NCBI RefSeq assembly: GCF_041642155.1
Contig: NZ_JBEPWZ010000001.1
Span: 3,507 to 67,506, forward strand
Source: Fodinibius sp.
Lineage (GTDB): Bacteria > Bacteroidota > Rhodothermia > Balneolales > Balneolaceae
Reading direction: 5' to 3'
DNA length: 64,000 nucleotides
Shown in pieces: positions 8,380 to 18,913 of the stretch; positions within the stretch are counted from its first letter, which is position 1, and every line of letters begins with the position of its first letter. A program made the position numbers and the translations under genes. The notes beneath the pieces were generated by a model. That model saw nothing but the letters and a program-made list of their open reading frames with translations. It had not been told where the DNA came from and made no database searches.

Positions 8380-11300
8380 CTAAGCCTTGGCCGGCTTGAC
8401 AGTTTCACTTTTACCGAAAGGCAACCAGCTTTTTTCCCTGACCCTGGCCAGTACATTTTCCGCAGCCACATAGACTACCGGGATAAATACCAGGGTAACG
8501 AGCGTTGATGCCGCAAGTCCCCCAATCACCACCCGCGCCAGGGAAGCCTGAAGTTCGGCTCCGGATCCGAAACCAAAAGAGAGCGGAAGCAACCCTAAAA
8601 TCGTGGTAAGCGTGGTCATCAGGATGGGCCGCAGGCGCAATTTCCCCGAGTGAATAACAGCCTCGCGAATATTCATATGGTGTTCGCGGCGCATAAGATT
8701 GATATAATCGACCAGCACAATAGCGTTATTCACCACGATCCCGATCAGCATTACGATACCCATCATGCTTTGCATATTAATGGTCGTGCCGGTAATCATC
8801 AGGGTGGGGATCACCCCGATAATAGCCAACGGTACGGAAAACATGACCACCAGGGGATCAAAGAAGCGCTCAAACTGGGCCGCCATAACCATATAGATAA
8901 GGATCAGCGCCATGATAATAGAAAGGCGAAAATCAGCCGCGGCCTTCTGCTGTTCTTCATATTCTCCGCCGTAGACAATGGAAAAACCCTCCGGCAGCTG
9001 CATGTCGGAAAGCTTATCCCGGATCATCTCCACGGCTTCTCCCAGGGCCACTCCACTCTCCAGGTTCGCTGAAATATAGGAAACCCGCTGGCTGTTCACC
9101 CTGTTGATGTCCGTCGGCCCCCGTCCCTTGCTTTTGGAAACCACCGCCGAAACGGGCAGGACTTGTCCCCCGGGCGTGCGGATCGAAATATTTTCGAGGT
9201 CGGTCGTGCTGAGTCGGTCTTCCGGCTGCAGGCGGACCGTAATCGGGAATTCATCGCCGCCTACGCGGTATGTTCCGGCCCGGCTCCCCCCCACATTGGT
9301 CTGAATTACCTGGGCGACTTCACGGACCGAAAGACCAAGATCGGCAATTTTTTCCCGATCAAAGACCATATTCTGCTCCGGTCGCCCCTCGCGCCGGTCG
9401 GTTCGGACCCCCGTTACCTCCGGGATTTCTTCCATCCGGCGTTTAATTTCTTCGGACAGTGTTTTGGCCTGGTCCAGGTTATAGCCCCGCAGCTGCACCT
9501 CTACCTCTTCACCCCCTCCCGAGCCGAACAGCCTGCGCAGCATCCACAGCCCCGACTGGGCGCTTACCCGTATATCGCCGCCCGGGACAAGGCCAGCCAC
9601 ATTGTCCCGGATTTGATCGGCAATCCTGGAGGTGCTCATCGATCGCTGAGAGGCTTCCACCATAGCTACTTCTACTTCCGCCCGCCCGTCACGTACGTCA
9701 GTTGTTATATGCCTGACATCTTCCATGGGCAGGTTGGCGCGGACCGCCTGTTCCAGCTCTTGCAAATATTCGTTTTGCACGGCAATATTTGTTCCTTCGG
9801 CCATCATGAAATCCACATCAATTTCATCCGCATCCGATTGCGGGGTAAGCTCAACCGGTATCAGGGGAATAAGCAGCACACACCCTATAACCAACGCCCC
9901 CGTAACCCCAAAGACCAGGGGCTTCCGCTGGAGTGTACGATCAATAAGCTTGGCATATTTATGCTCCATGACTGCAAAAATTCGCTGAAACCAGTTCTTT
10001 TGCTGGGCTTTCTCGGAACCGGCGGGCTGGATAGTCAGGAACTTGCTGCAGAGCATCGGCACCAGCGTAAGAGCGACGAAAAGGGAGCACACGAGGGCAA
10101 AGACGACGACCAGTGCCAGCTGCTGGAATATCGAGCCCGAAATAGTCTGCATGAACACCACCGGCAGAAATATGACGGAAGTGGTAATGGTGGAAGCTAC
10201 AATAGCCCCACCCACCTCGCGCGTTCCGACCAGGGCGCTGGCTTGAAGGTCTTTGCCTCGCTCCTCCCGGAGCCTGATAATATTTTCAAGCACCACAATG
10301 GCATTATCAACAATAAGGCCCACCCCCAGGGCAAGTCCCCCAAAACTCATCTGGTTCAGCGTCAGGCCGTTAAAATAAAGCAGCGCAAAGGTGGCAATAA
10401 TTGAAATCGGAATGGAAACGGCAATAATAAAGGTTGACGAACCATTTCTCAGGAACAGATATAAAACAACAATCGCAAGGAGCGCCCCCCAGACAGCCGA
10501 ATTTTGCACATTATTGATCGAGTTTTGAATAAACTCGCTTTGATCCGTCGTCACGAACAGGTTCATGTCGTCGCGCTCCAGGTTGACCCGCTCGATCTCA
10601 TCCCGGATGTCGTCCGCAACAGCCACCGTATTGGCGCCCGTTTGCTTACGGATACCAAAACGGACCATCGGTTTTTTATTGATGGTTACCAGCCGGTTCA
10701 GATCCTCGTATCCCCATTTCACCTCTGCAACATCCTCAACACGGATAGGCTTGCCATCCTCCATGGCGATAATGGTGTTGGAAATTTGGTCGAGCGACTC
10801 GTATTCGCCCAGCGTGCGGACGTATAACTGCTGTACTCCCGAGTTCACATTCCCCCCCGGCAGGTTTACATTTTCACTGGCAATCGCCTGTTGTACCTGG
10901 GCAGAGGATAACCCGCTGGCAATGAGCCGGTCCCGCTTGATATCTATGTGTACCTCTTTATAGACGCCGCCCCAGATATCAATGGAACCGACCCCTGCAA
11001 TTTGGTCGAAACGCTTGGTCACTTCGCGTTCCAGCACCTGCGTAAGCTCCTGGAGATTCATATCCGAATTTGCTCCCACAATGACCACGGGAAAGTTATT
11101 GGGATCGAATTTCCATATCCGTGGCGGCTCAGCTTCGGGCGGGAGTTCATCCCGAACACGGTCTAAGGCGGCCCGAATATCGTTGGCCGCAACATCTATA
11201 TCTGTCCCCTGGGCAAATTCAAGCGTTACCCGGCTCTGTCCTTCTGAAGAACTCGAGCGTACGCGCTCTACCCCCGGAACGCCTGCAATAGTATTCTCTA

Positions 11301-11499
11301 TACGCTGGGTAATAATTTTTTCAATTTCCTCTGACCCTACATTGGGATATTCCGTCGCCACGGTCAGCTGCGGGTATTCAACCGGCGGCAGCAGATCCAC
11401 CGGCAGGTAGCGGAAAGACGTGATCCCCAGAACGACGATAATAAGAAATAGCATCGTCGTAGCGATGGGACGTTTGACAGCGGTTTCAGTAATCTTCAT
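8380..11499 (-). CDS. RND efflux permease (AcrB/HAE1 type)
   Basis: 1039 aa with 12-TM/two-large-loop architecture. N-terminus is MKITETAVKRPIATTMLFLIIVVLG. Typical blocks GLALGVGLIVDNAIVVLENI and GIVVNNAIVLVDY. Confidence 0.95.
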   Translation of the reverse strand: MKITETAVKRPIATTMLFLIIVVLGITSFRYLPVDLLPPVEYPQLTVATEYPNVGSEEIEKIITQRIENTIAGVPGVERVRSSSSEGQSRVTLEFAQGTDIDVAANDIRAALDRVRDELPPEAEPPRIWKFDPNNFPVVIVGANSDMNLQELTQVLEREVTKRFDQIAGVGSIDIWGGVYKEVHIDIKRDRLIASGLSSAQVQQAIASENVNLPGGNVNSGVQQLYVRTLGEYESLDQISNTIIAMEDGKPIRVEDVAEVKWGYEDLNRLVTINKKPMVRFGIRKQTGANTVAVADDIRDEIERVNLERDDMNLFVTTDQSEFIQNSINNVQNSAVWGALLAIVVLYLFLRNGSSTFIIAVSIPISIIATFALLYFNGLTLNQMSFGGLALGVGLIVDNAIVVLENIIRLREERGKDLQASALVGTREVGGAIVASTITTSVIFLPVVFMQTISGSIFQQLALVVVFALVCSLFVALTLVPMLCSKFLTIQPAGSEKAQQKNWFQRIFAVMEHKYAKLIDRTLQRKPLVFGVTGALVIGCVLLIPLIPVELTPQSDADEIDVDFMMAEGTNIAVQNEYLQELEQAVRANLPMEDVRHITTDVRDGRAEVEVAMVEASQRSMSTSRIADQIRDNVAGLVPGGDIRVSAQSGLWMLRRLFGSGGGEEVEVQLRGYNLDQAKTLSEEIKRRMEEIPEVTGVRTDRREGRPEQNMVFDREKIADLGLSVREVAQVIQTNVGGSRAGTYRVGGDEFPITVRLQPEDRLSTTDLENISIRTPGGQVLPVSAVVSKSKGRGPTDINRVNSQRVSYISANLESGVALGEAVEMIRDKLSDMQLPEGFSIVYGGEYEEQQKAAADFRLSIIMALILIYMVMAAQFERFFDPLVVMFSVPLAIIGVIPTLMITGTTINMQSMMGIVMLIGIVVNNAIVLVDYINLMRREHHMNIREAVIHSGKLRLRPILMTTLTTILGLLPLSFGFGSGAELQASLARVVIGGLAASTLVTLVFIPVVYVAAENVLARVREKSWLPFGKSETVKPAKA

Positions 11500-11556
11500 A
11501 ACAGTGATATTTAGTCAATCATGGTGGATCATATGAGTTAGAGAAATCGTGGCGAG

Positions 11557-12852
11557 CTATTCTCCATCCAGGACGCGTTGCAGTAAATCCTGGCGCTGCA
11601 GTCCCTGGAGTGCTAAAATTCGATCCCAGGAACTGGCACGCACGCGGGCTTGACCGGGACCGGTCACAAGCAGATCCTGTCCCACCGTGACCACCCAGCT
11701 TCCGGATTCGATACCTTCAATACCGACTTCCAGCCGGCCTTCGGCAACGACGTCAACCGGCTGAAACTGCACCTCGGTCGGCTCTGTCAGCGGAGGCAGG
11801 TTTTCACCATCACCCTGTTCGGCAGGCTCTATTTCACTGCCCAGCGAAGTGGCAACGTAGACTCCATCCTCTCCGGTATTGGGATCCGTAAAAAGCGCGC
11901 TCGACGGGATGATCGTGGCCTGCCGGCTCTCCCCGTAGAGAATATCTACCGGGACGAACATTCCAGGGCGCAGGTTGTGATCGCGGCTGGCGACATCAAT
12001 TTCACCTTCGGTACTCCGGGTAATATTATTCAGAAAAGGCGAAATGCGGGATAGTTTGGCTTCAATAACTTCGCGGTTCCCCCCGGCTGTGGACCCGGTA
12101 TAAATGCGGGCGGTCTGACCAATCTGTACTTTGTTCAGCATATCATCCGTCAAAACCACTTCTATACGCAGATTTTTCAGATCGCCAATGGTAAAAAGAG
12201 GCGAATTGGGACCGACCTGCATGCCCACTTCTGCGTTGCGTTGTCCCACGGTCCCGTTTATGGGCGCACGAATAACGGTCTTTGACAACATGTCCCGTTG
12301 TTCCTCCACGCTCGATTCGGATTGTTCCAGCTGAGCTTCGGCCAGTTCTATGTCTGCTTCCGCAGATGACATCTGAGCTTCGAGGGTCTCCATCTCCATA
12401 TCACTTGAAAGGTTTTTATCGCTGAGCTGTTTCGTACGTCTGTATTGCGCTTCCAGCTCTTTATAACGCGCCTGCGCCTGCTTCAACCTTGCCTGGTTAA
12501 TACGGGCGTTCGCACGGGCTTGCTCGACCTGCTCCCGGTACTGGCGATCTTCCAGTGAGATGAGGGACTCCCCTTTGCGGACGGAATCGCCGGTCTGGAC
12601 GTGGATCTGCGAGACTTTCCCGGATATCTCGGGGTAGAGTTGCACCTGGTTCTGGGCGACCACGGTGCCGCTCAATCGCTCAGACAGGGGCAGCGACCCA
12701 TATCGTGCCTGTACCGCTTCTACAGCCGGGATAGTGGAAGTGTTGGGCCCTTCTTCACTGCTATCTGAAGAGCCATAGCAGGAGACCAGCAACATCGCCG
12801 CCAGGAACAGGAGAATAGTATGGATGGAAATATCAGACTTTAAAAAGATCAT
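11557..12852 (-). CDS. RND efflux periplasmic adaptor (membrane-fusion protein, HlyD family)
   Basis: 431 aa. Lipoprotein-like N-terminus (LLVSCYG), lipoyl/barrel-sandwich motifs (GTVVAQNQVQLYPEISGKV), long coiled-coil hairpin. Sits immediately upstream of the permease. Confidence 0.9.
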   Translation of the reverse strand: MIFLKSDISIHTILLFLAAMLLVSCYGSSDSSEEGPNTSTIPAVEAVQARYGSLPLSERLSGTVVAQNQVQLYPEISGKVSQIHVQTGDSVRKGESLISLEDRQYREQVEQARANARINQARLKQAQARYKELEAQYRRTKQLSDKNLSSDMEMETLEAQMSSAEADIELAEAQLEQSESSVEEQRDMLSKTVIRAPINGTVGQRNAEVGMQVGPNSPLFTIGDLKNLRIEVVLTDDMLNKVQIGQTARIYTGSTAGGNREVIEAKLSRISPFLNNITRSTEGEIDVASRDHNLRPGMFVPVDILYGESRQATIIPSSALFTDPNTGEDGVYVATSLGSEIEPAEQGDGENLPPLTEPTEVQFQPVDVVAEGRLEVGIEGIESGSWVVTVGQDLLVTGPGQARVRASSWDRILALQGLQRQDLLQRVLDGE

Positions 12853-13614
12853 TCGTTGCTTGTATGAACATTCATGTTACGTTCTCAAATAACTGTAGAG
12901 GATTTTGACCGATCTGTGGGGCGGCTGGTTTGGCCGTTCACTGAGGGTAGCTTCGCTACTGGTTAAACTCCGTCTGTCTCGCAGCGGGGCGGTTCGGGCG
13001 TCCGATGTCCGATGGAAGAGGAGGGTTACCTTATTAGCTACTTGCTTAAACCGGCTGGCCGCATCTGCATTGCCCCGGGGACGGAGATAGTATATAATAT
13101 AAGTCCTCACAAAAAACAGTATTGGTTAAAATATATATCAAATTTTAATCAAAACTTGCATTAAGAGATGTAATATCTTATTAGAATTAAATAAAGGGCA
13201 TAATTCTGAAGAAAAACTGAGTTTTGGGCTGTAAAATCTCTCGCCGGGATTTATTTAATGTAATTTTACAAACATCCGTTCGTCATCGGTCCTGATGACA
13301 ACCCACAATAAAAGAAACATCAGCACGTATTTCATCACAACGAGTGTTCTTGACAAATAAATACTCCCGGTCAGGAATAACAGGCCGCCCCGAATCCCGG
13401 GCAGTTGGAGTAATGAAATGGGATGAGTACCTTGTGTTTTCCCTGTAGTCCCATAACCGGTACCAGGGGTACAATGAACCAAATCGCGAAATTTACACGG
13501 GCGGGAGGCGCGTTACCCCAGACGATCGTGTTCAACCAGAACTGATACCCATATGCAACTAAAACCGATAAAAAGGCAAGCTACAAGCCAGCAGCGAATC
13601 CATTCAGGCACGCT

Positions 13615-14673
13615 ATGGATACTGTAACACAGGCCACCCTCGGGGCGGCCGTCGGGGAGATGGTACTGGGCAAGAAGATAGGCAACAAAGCTCCTCTGTG
13701 GGGAGCCGTCCTGGGCATAGTACCCGACCTTGACGTCCTAACCATTCCCTTTGTCAGCAACATGCAGGCCCTGGCCATCCACCGGGGCATTACGCATTCG
13801 ATAGTTTTCTGCGTGGCGGCCGCGATACTGCTGGGCTGGATGCTCGACCGGCTCTACCGCAAGGAGAGTGTAGGATGGCGCAACTGGTCGTGGATGGCAT
13901 TTTGGACGCTGTCCACGCATGTTTTTATTGATGTCTGTACTTCCTACGGCACCCAGATACTGCAACCGTTCAGTAACAGGCTCTTTAGTTTAGATACAAT
14001 CTTTATCGTCGACCCTTTCTACACCCTGCCCCTCGTAATCGGTATCCTCATTGCGCTCTTTATTCGGCGAGAGTCAACCGCGAGACGGTGGGCCAATTAT
14101 GCCGGTATTGCGGTCAGCTCCCTGTATCTTTTGGCCGGACTGGCCGTCAAATCACACGTAAATGCGGTTTTCGAACGGAACTTCGAGGCAGAAACCATCA
14201 CTCCCGAACAGTACATCACCACGCCTACGCCCTTTAATATTTTTCTGTGGACGGGCTATGGCGAACAAGGGGATACGCTTTATGCCGGGCTCTATTCCCT
14301 TTTCGATGATGAGGACGATATCCGGTTCCACCGGATAGCACAAAATGAAAAACTCCTGGAGCCGTACCGGGGACAACCCGCCGTCGACCGGCTGCTTTGG
14401 TTCTCGCGGGGTTATTTTGTGGCGGATAAAGGTGCGAATGGTGAACTGTTTGTTCACGACCTGCGCTTCGGACGATCGGATTTTTGGCTTACCGGTCAGC
14501 CGGCCCCCTACGTTTGGAATTACCAGCTGCAGTTTAACAAGGATTCAACCCGGGTCACGGGATTTCGCCATTTTCAGCCCGACTTCGAGCGTCGTGCAGC
14601 GCTGCTCGGTCAATTGATGGATCGCATATTTACAGGAAGAACGGGGCTCCACCAACCCCATTCTTCGAGGTGA
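13615..14673 (+). CDS. membrane-bound metal-dependent hydrolase (YdjM/DUF457 family)
   Basis: 352 aa. N-terminus MDTVTQATLGAAVGE...LWGAVLGIVPDLD...HRGITHS is characteristic of DUF457. Multiple TM helices. Confidence 0.7.
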   Translation: MDTVTQATLGAAVGEMVLGKKIGNKAPLWGAVLGIVPDLDVLTIPFVSNMQALAIHRGITHSIVFCVAAAILLGWMLDRLYRKESVGWRNWSWMAFWTLSTHVFIDVCTSYGTQILQPFSNRLFSLDTIFIVDPFYTLPLVIGILIALFIRRESTARRWANYAGIAVSSLYLLAGLAVKSHVNAVFERNFEAETITPEQYITTPTPFNIFLWTGYGEQGDTLYAGLYSLFDDEDDIRFHRIAQNEKLLEPYRGQPAVDRLLWFSRGYFVADKGANGELFVHDLRFGRSDFWLTGQPAPYVWNYQLQFNKDSTRVTGFRHFQPDFERRAALLGQLMDRIFTGRTGLHQPHSSR

Positions 14674-14746
14674 GAAATGCCGGCTCGCCTTAAAGCCCGA
14701 CACCGGACATTGACCGGGGACAACCCGCTGTTGTGCGGGTTACCCC

Positions 14747-15745
14747 TCAACACTCAACCCAGGCTCCCTCCTTATCGCTTTGCACCACCGCCTCTATCAC
14801 CTTCATGTTGGCCACGGCATCATCGAGCCTGGTAGGCACTTCTCTATCCTCGAGTATGGCTTTGGAAAACAGCTCGCCCTGAACCGTATACTGATTGGCC
14901 GTCTCAAAGTGGATCTTCCGGCTTTCGTTATCGGTGTGCAGGTGAATAGACGTTGGTTTGTCAACGGGAGCGTTAAAGGGCATATCGATCTCCATTTTCC
15001 CCTTGGTCCCAAAAATACGCACACTTTGATGCGGTGCCAGCTGGGTGGCACAGGTAAAGGTAGCCGTCCCCCCGGGAAATGCCATGACCCCGGAGGTGAG
15101 CCGGTCGATCCCCAGATCGGGATCGATTTCTCTGGTACCAAAAACTTTGTCGGGTTCTTGCCCAAACAGAAAACGGGGTACTGAAATGCAGTAACAGCCT
15201 ATATCCATAAGTCCGCCCCCGCCTATATCGGGCTTGTTGCGTACATTTTCGGGGTCGTCATTGTAATAGGAAAAGAATGACCGGATGGTACGCACCTCCC
15301 CCAGAATACCGCTTTCAACCAGTTCTTTGGCCCTGACCCAGCGCGGGTGGTGCCGGTACATAAAGGCTTCCATCACCTTTAGATCCGGATACTTGCGGGT
15401 TTCAAAAAGCAACTTTTCGGCTTCATCCACACAGAGTCCGATCGGTTTTTCACAGAGCACATGCTTGCCGGCTTCCAGTGCTTTTACCGACCAGGGCACA
15501 TGCAAGTGGTTGGGGAGCGGGTTGTAGACGGCCTCGACCTCCGGAAGCGCCAGGAGCTCCTCGTATGACCCGACGGCCCTGTCGATGCCCAGCTGGCCGG
15601 CGGCCTCCCGGGCCCGCTCGCCACTTCGGGATGAAATAGCCACAATTTCACAGTGGTCGGCCTGCTGCATCGCCGGGATGACCTTCTCAACCCCGATCTT
15701 AGCGGTACTCAGTATGCCCCAGCGGATGGTTCGCTTTTTTTCCAT
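14747..15745 (-). CDS. Gfo/Idh/MocA family oxidoreductase
   Basis: 332 aa. N-terminal Rossmann fold IRWGILSTAKIG, and EKPIG motif in VLCEKPIGL. Confidence 0.9.
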   Translation of the reverse strand: MEKKRTIRWGILSTAKIGVEKVIPAMQQADHCEIVAISSRSGERAREAAGQLGIDRAVGSYEELLALPEVEAVYNPLPNHLHVPWSVKALEAGKHVLCEKPIGLCVDEAEKLLFETRKYPDLKVMEAFMYRHHPRWVRAKELVESGILGEVRTIRSFFSYYNDDPENVRNKPDIGGGGLMDIGCYCISVPRFLFGQEPDKVFGTREIDPDLGIDRLTSGVMAFPGGTATFTCATQLAPHQSVRIFGTKGKMEIDMPFNAPVDKPTSIHLHTDNESRKIHFETANQYTVQGELFSKAILEDREVPTRLDDAVANMKVIEAVVQSDKEGAWVEC

Positions 15746-15790
15746 AATTACAGATCAAATAAGTATTGGTAATGTATATTGCGGTTCGTT

Positions 15791-16618
15791 TTATGACTCC
15801 TCGCCGGACTCGTCCTCATTACCTCCGACCTGGGGGGGCAGCTGCACCCCCGACATATTTTTAAATACCTCCAGCATCTCCATAGGCAGGGGGATAAATG
15901 CGAAGGTCGCGTTTTCCTCGCTGATATCGGTCATCGCCTGCAGAAAACGGAGCTGCAGGGCCATCGGAGCTTCTTTCATCATGGTAGCGGCTTCAACAAG
16001 TCGTTCGGCGGCCTGGAACTCTCCTTCGGCGTTAATCACCTTGGCGCGGCGCTCACGTTCGGTTTCAGCCTGCCGGGCCATTGCTCTTTTCATATTTTCA
16101 GGTAATACTACGTCACGGACTTCCACCGAAACCACCTTAATGCCCCAGGGGTCGGTCTGGCGGTCAATAATCTCCTGAATATTTCTATTCACTTTTTCGC
16201 GTTCCGCCAGCAGTTCATCCAGTTCTACCTGTCCCACAATGCTGCGCAGGGTCGTTTGAGCCAGCATGGACGTTGCATGGATATATTGCTCGACCTGTAT
16301 GACGGCATCTTCCGCATCGATAACCCGAAAAAAGGTAATGGCATCCACATTCACCGTCACATTGTCTTTGGTAATGACCTCCTGCTTATCCACATTAATG
16401 GTCAAAACCCGGAGATCCACCCGCTCTATCTTATCAATAAAGGGAATAAGAAAAATAAGTCCGGGTCCCTTGGTTCCCTTGTACTTTCCAAGCCGAAAAA
16501 TAACCGCCCGTTCATACTCCCTGAGGATCTTAAACATCTGGGGCAACAGGATAGCCGCCAGCACTGCAATGGTAATAATCCATGTGAGAGAGTTGATAAA
16601 TTCATCTCCGTTTTCCAT
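15791..16618 (-). CDS. SPFH/band-7 (stomatin-like, slipin) protein
   Basis: 275 aa. N-terminal TM helix then SPFH core (REYERAVIFRLGKY...GPGLIFLIPFID, RAMARQAEAERERRAKVI-type helix). Confidence 0.9.
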   Translation of the reverse strand: MENGDEFINSLTWIITIAVLAAILLPQMFKILREYERAVIFRLGKYKGTKGPGLIFLIPFIDKIERVDLRVLTINVDKQEVITKDNVTVNVDAITFFRVIDAEDAVIQVEQYIHATSMLAQTTLRSIVGQVELDELLAEREKVNRNIQEIIDRQTDPWGIKVVSVEVRDVVLPENMKRAMARQAETERERRAKVINAEGEFQAAERLVEAATMMKEAPMALQLRFLQAMTDISEENATFAFIPLPMEMLEVFKNMSGVQLPPQVGGNEDESGEES

Positions 16619-16647
16619 ATCAGTATAAATTTTAGTGGTGTTTTCTA

Positions 16648-17949
16648 TTAAGTGCTGCGTTTTACTTTGGCCGTGAGGCCGTTAATTTCAATAATTTTAC
16701 ATGTTTCCCCCTCCCCGATTTCCTCATCACTGACCGCATTCCAGTATTCTCCACTGATAAAAATGCGTCCCCTGCCCTCTTTGATGGGCTCTACTATCTC
16801 CGCCTCGCGGCCAATCATCGATTCCTTGCCCGTTATACTGTTGGAGAACTGAATCCGGATCCCCTCTGTCACGATCCAGACAAAGAAAAGGGTGGTCAGT
16901 ACCGTGGCCGGAACAAGCCATGCCCACGAAAGCGCCATAGACTGTGGCAAGTCCTGAAACAGCATGAGTGCCCCCAGGAAAAAAGCAACAGCCCCACCCC
17001 CGATCAGTATACCAAAAGCCGGGGTAAACGCTTCGGCAACAAAAAGAACAATCGCCAGACCAATGAGTGCAAAACCTGCAATATTGATGGGCATGGAGGC
17101 CGAAGCATAAAGCACCAGTATCAGTGCGATAACACCTGCCACGCCCGGGACGATGGCGCCCGGATTCGTGACTTCGCCGATAATCCCGTAGATGGCGATC
17201 ATGGTGAGAATGAGCATGACTTCGGGACGCATGATGAAGCTCAGGAGCGTTTCTGCCAAATTCGTGGGAATTTCTTCGATTTTGGCATTTCGGGTTTGCA
17301 GGGTATCGCCGCCTATCACCCGACCGTCAATCTGTTCGAGCAACTCCTCCCGGTCATTGGAGATAAAATCGATAACATTCAGTTCAAGTGCTTCGGCGGC
17401 GGTAATGGATTCCCCGTCGCGGACTGCGGATTTCGCCCACTCGGCATTGCGGTCCCGCCGGTTCGCCACGCTTTCGATAAAACTTTCCGAATAGTTAAAA
17501 ATTTTCTTCTGCATCACCGAGTCCTGCTGACCTCCTCCCATCTGTACCGGCGAGGCGGCCCCAATGGTTGTGGCGGGAGCCATGGCGGCAATATGGGCAG
17601 CCATGGTGATAAAGGTGCCCGCACTGGCCGCCCGTCCCCCTTCGGGAGCTACATAGACGACGACAGGCATATCATCGGACTCCAGGAACAGCTGTACAAT
17701 ATCCTTGGTGGATTCCAGCAGACCGCCCGGGGTGTCCAGTTGAATAATAAGCGCTTCGGCCCGCAGCTCTCTCGCCCTTGCCATTCCGCGATTTATGTAA
17801 TTGGTGGTCGTGGGAGAAATAGACCCCTCGACCGAAATCATGGCTACCCGGGTGGTGGACGTGTCGGATACGGCGGCGGTATCCTCCTGGGCCTTCCCGT
17901 GCCCGGCTGCCAGGCATAACAGTGCTATGATGATCGTCAATTGCTTCAT
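16648..17949 (-). CDS. NfeD-family membrane-bound ClpP-class serine protease
   Basis: 433 aa. Signal peptide, ClpP-like domain (LDTPGGLLEST), multi-TM middle, C-terminal NfeD OB-fold. This is the classical NfeD-stomatin gene pair. Confidence 0.85.
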   Translation of the reverse strand: MKQLTIIIALLCLAAGHGKAQEDTAAVSDTSTTRVAMISVEGSISPTTTNYINRGMARARELRAEALIIQLDTPGGLLESTKDIVQLFLESDDMPVVVYVAPEGGRAASAGTFITMAAHIAAMAPATTIGAASPVQMGGGQQDSVMQKKIFNYSESFIESVANRRDRNAEWAKSAVRDGESITAAEALELNVIDFISNDREELLEQIDGRVIGGDTLQTRNAKIEEIPTNLAETLLSFIMRPEVMLILTMIAIYGIIGEVTNPGAIVPGVAGVIALILVLYASASMPINIAGFALIGLAIVLFVAEAFTPAFGILIGGGAVAFFLGALMLFQDLPQSMALSWAWLVPATVLTTLFFVWIVTEGIRIQFSNSITGKESMIGREAEIVEPIKEGRGRIFISGEYWNAVSDEEIGEGETCKIIEINGLTAKVKRST

Positions 17950-18196
17950 ATATGTAAGATATCAAAAAGGACTTCGGAAGCAATAGATACTGCTGATTTT
18001 CTGCCCGTCTATATATTTATATAAAAACCGCATATTGAAATATGTAAAATGACTCCCAGAAGTAAGGGGAGCGGGAAAAAAGAAACGGAAAAATCATGTT
18101 TAATATAGCTAACTTTCCAATTAGTTTCTATTGATTTACTTAAAATCAGGGGTTATGTTTACCCAAGTAGGATTAACTAATTAATTGGTTTATACT

Positions 18197-18808
18197 ATGT
18201 CTGACAAAATGAAGAATACCCGCTCGGAGATCGCGCATGCGGCCCGGGCAGAATTTGTAGCCCATGGTTATGAAGGAGCCCGCCTGCAGAAAATAGCAGA
18301 CCGGATCGGCGTTACCAAGGCGATGATTCATTATTACTTTAATACCAAAAGGGAACTATTCGAGCATGTGTTCCGGCAGTCCGTCGAGGAGATGTTCAGC
18401 GGATTGGCGGAGTTGCTGGACAAAAATATTCCCCTCTTCAAGAAAATCGAGCAGCTGATTTCCGCTTGTCATAATAAAGCCGAAAGCGATCCCGGGGTTT
18501 TGGGGTTTGTGCTCACCGAAAGCAACCGGAACGCCGACTGGCTGCTGCCCGTCATCGAGGAAGAGATCACCCTGGAGAAGTCTGCATTTGCCGAGCAGAT
18601 AGAAGAAGCGTCCGCCAGCTACACTATAACCTCGGTGGATCCAAACCAGCTGCTGCTGAATATCTTTTCGCTGTGTTACTATCCCTCGCTGTCGGCGCCT
18701 GTCAACCGGGCGGTATTGACCGACGGCGACGACAAGTCCGGCCGGGAGCTGACGGCCGGCCGCCAGGGCATCGTACTCGATACGATCTTAAACTGGCTGA
18801 CGGCTTAG
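18197..18808 (+). CDS. TetR/AcrR family transcriptional regulator
   Basis: HTH region EFVAHGYEGARLQKIADRIGVTKAMIHYYFNTKRELF. The ORF track starts at TTG 18185; ATG 18197 (MSDKMKN) is preferred. Confidence 0.85.
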   Translation: MSDKMKNTRSEIAHAARAEFVAHGYEGARLQKIADRIGVTKAMIHYYFNTKRELFEHVFRQSVEEMFSGLAELLDKNIPLFKKIEQLISACHNKAESDPGVLGFVLTESNRNADWLLPVIEEEITLEKSAFAEQIEEASASYTITSVDPNQLLLNIFSLCYYPSLSAPVNRAVLTDGDDKSGRELTAGRQGIVLDTILNWLTA

Positions 18809-18913
18809 AGGGCTGCAAGGGGCATTTTACGTCCTGCCAAAAAAAGCACAGTCTTTTTTGTGGTGAAAAACAAGAACGCAAACGGGAAAACGAAACCTAC
18901 TCGAAGCTTGAAT

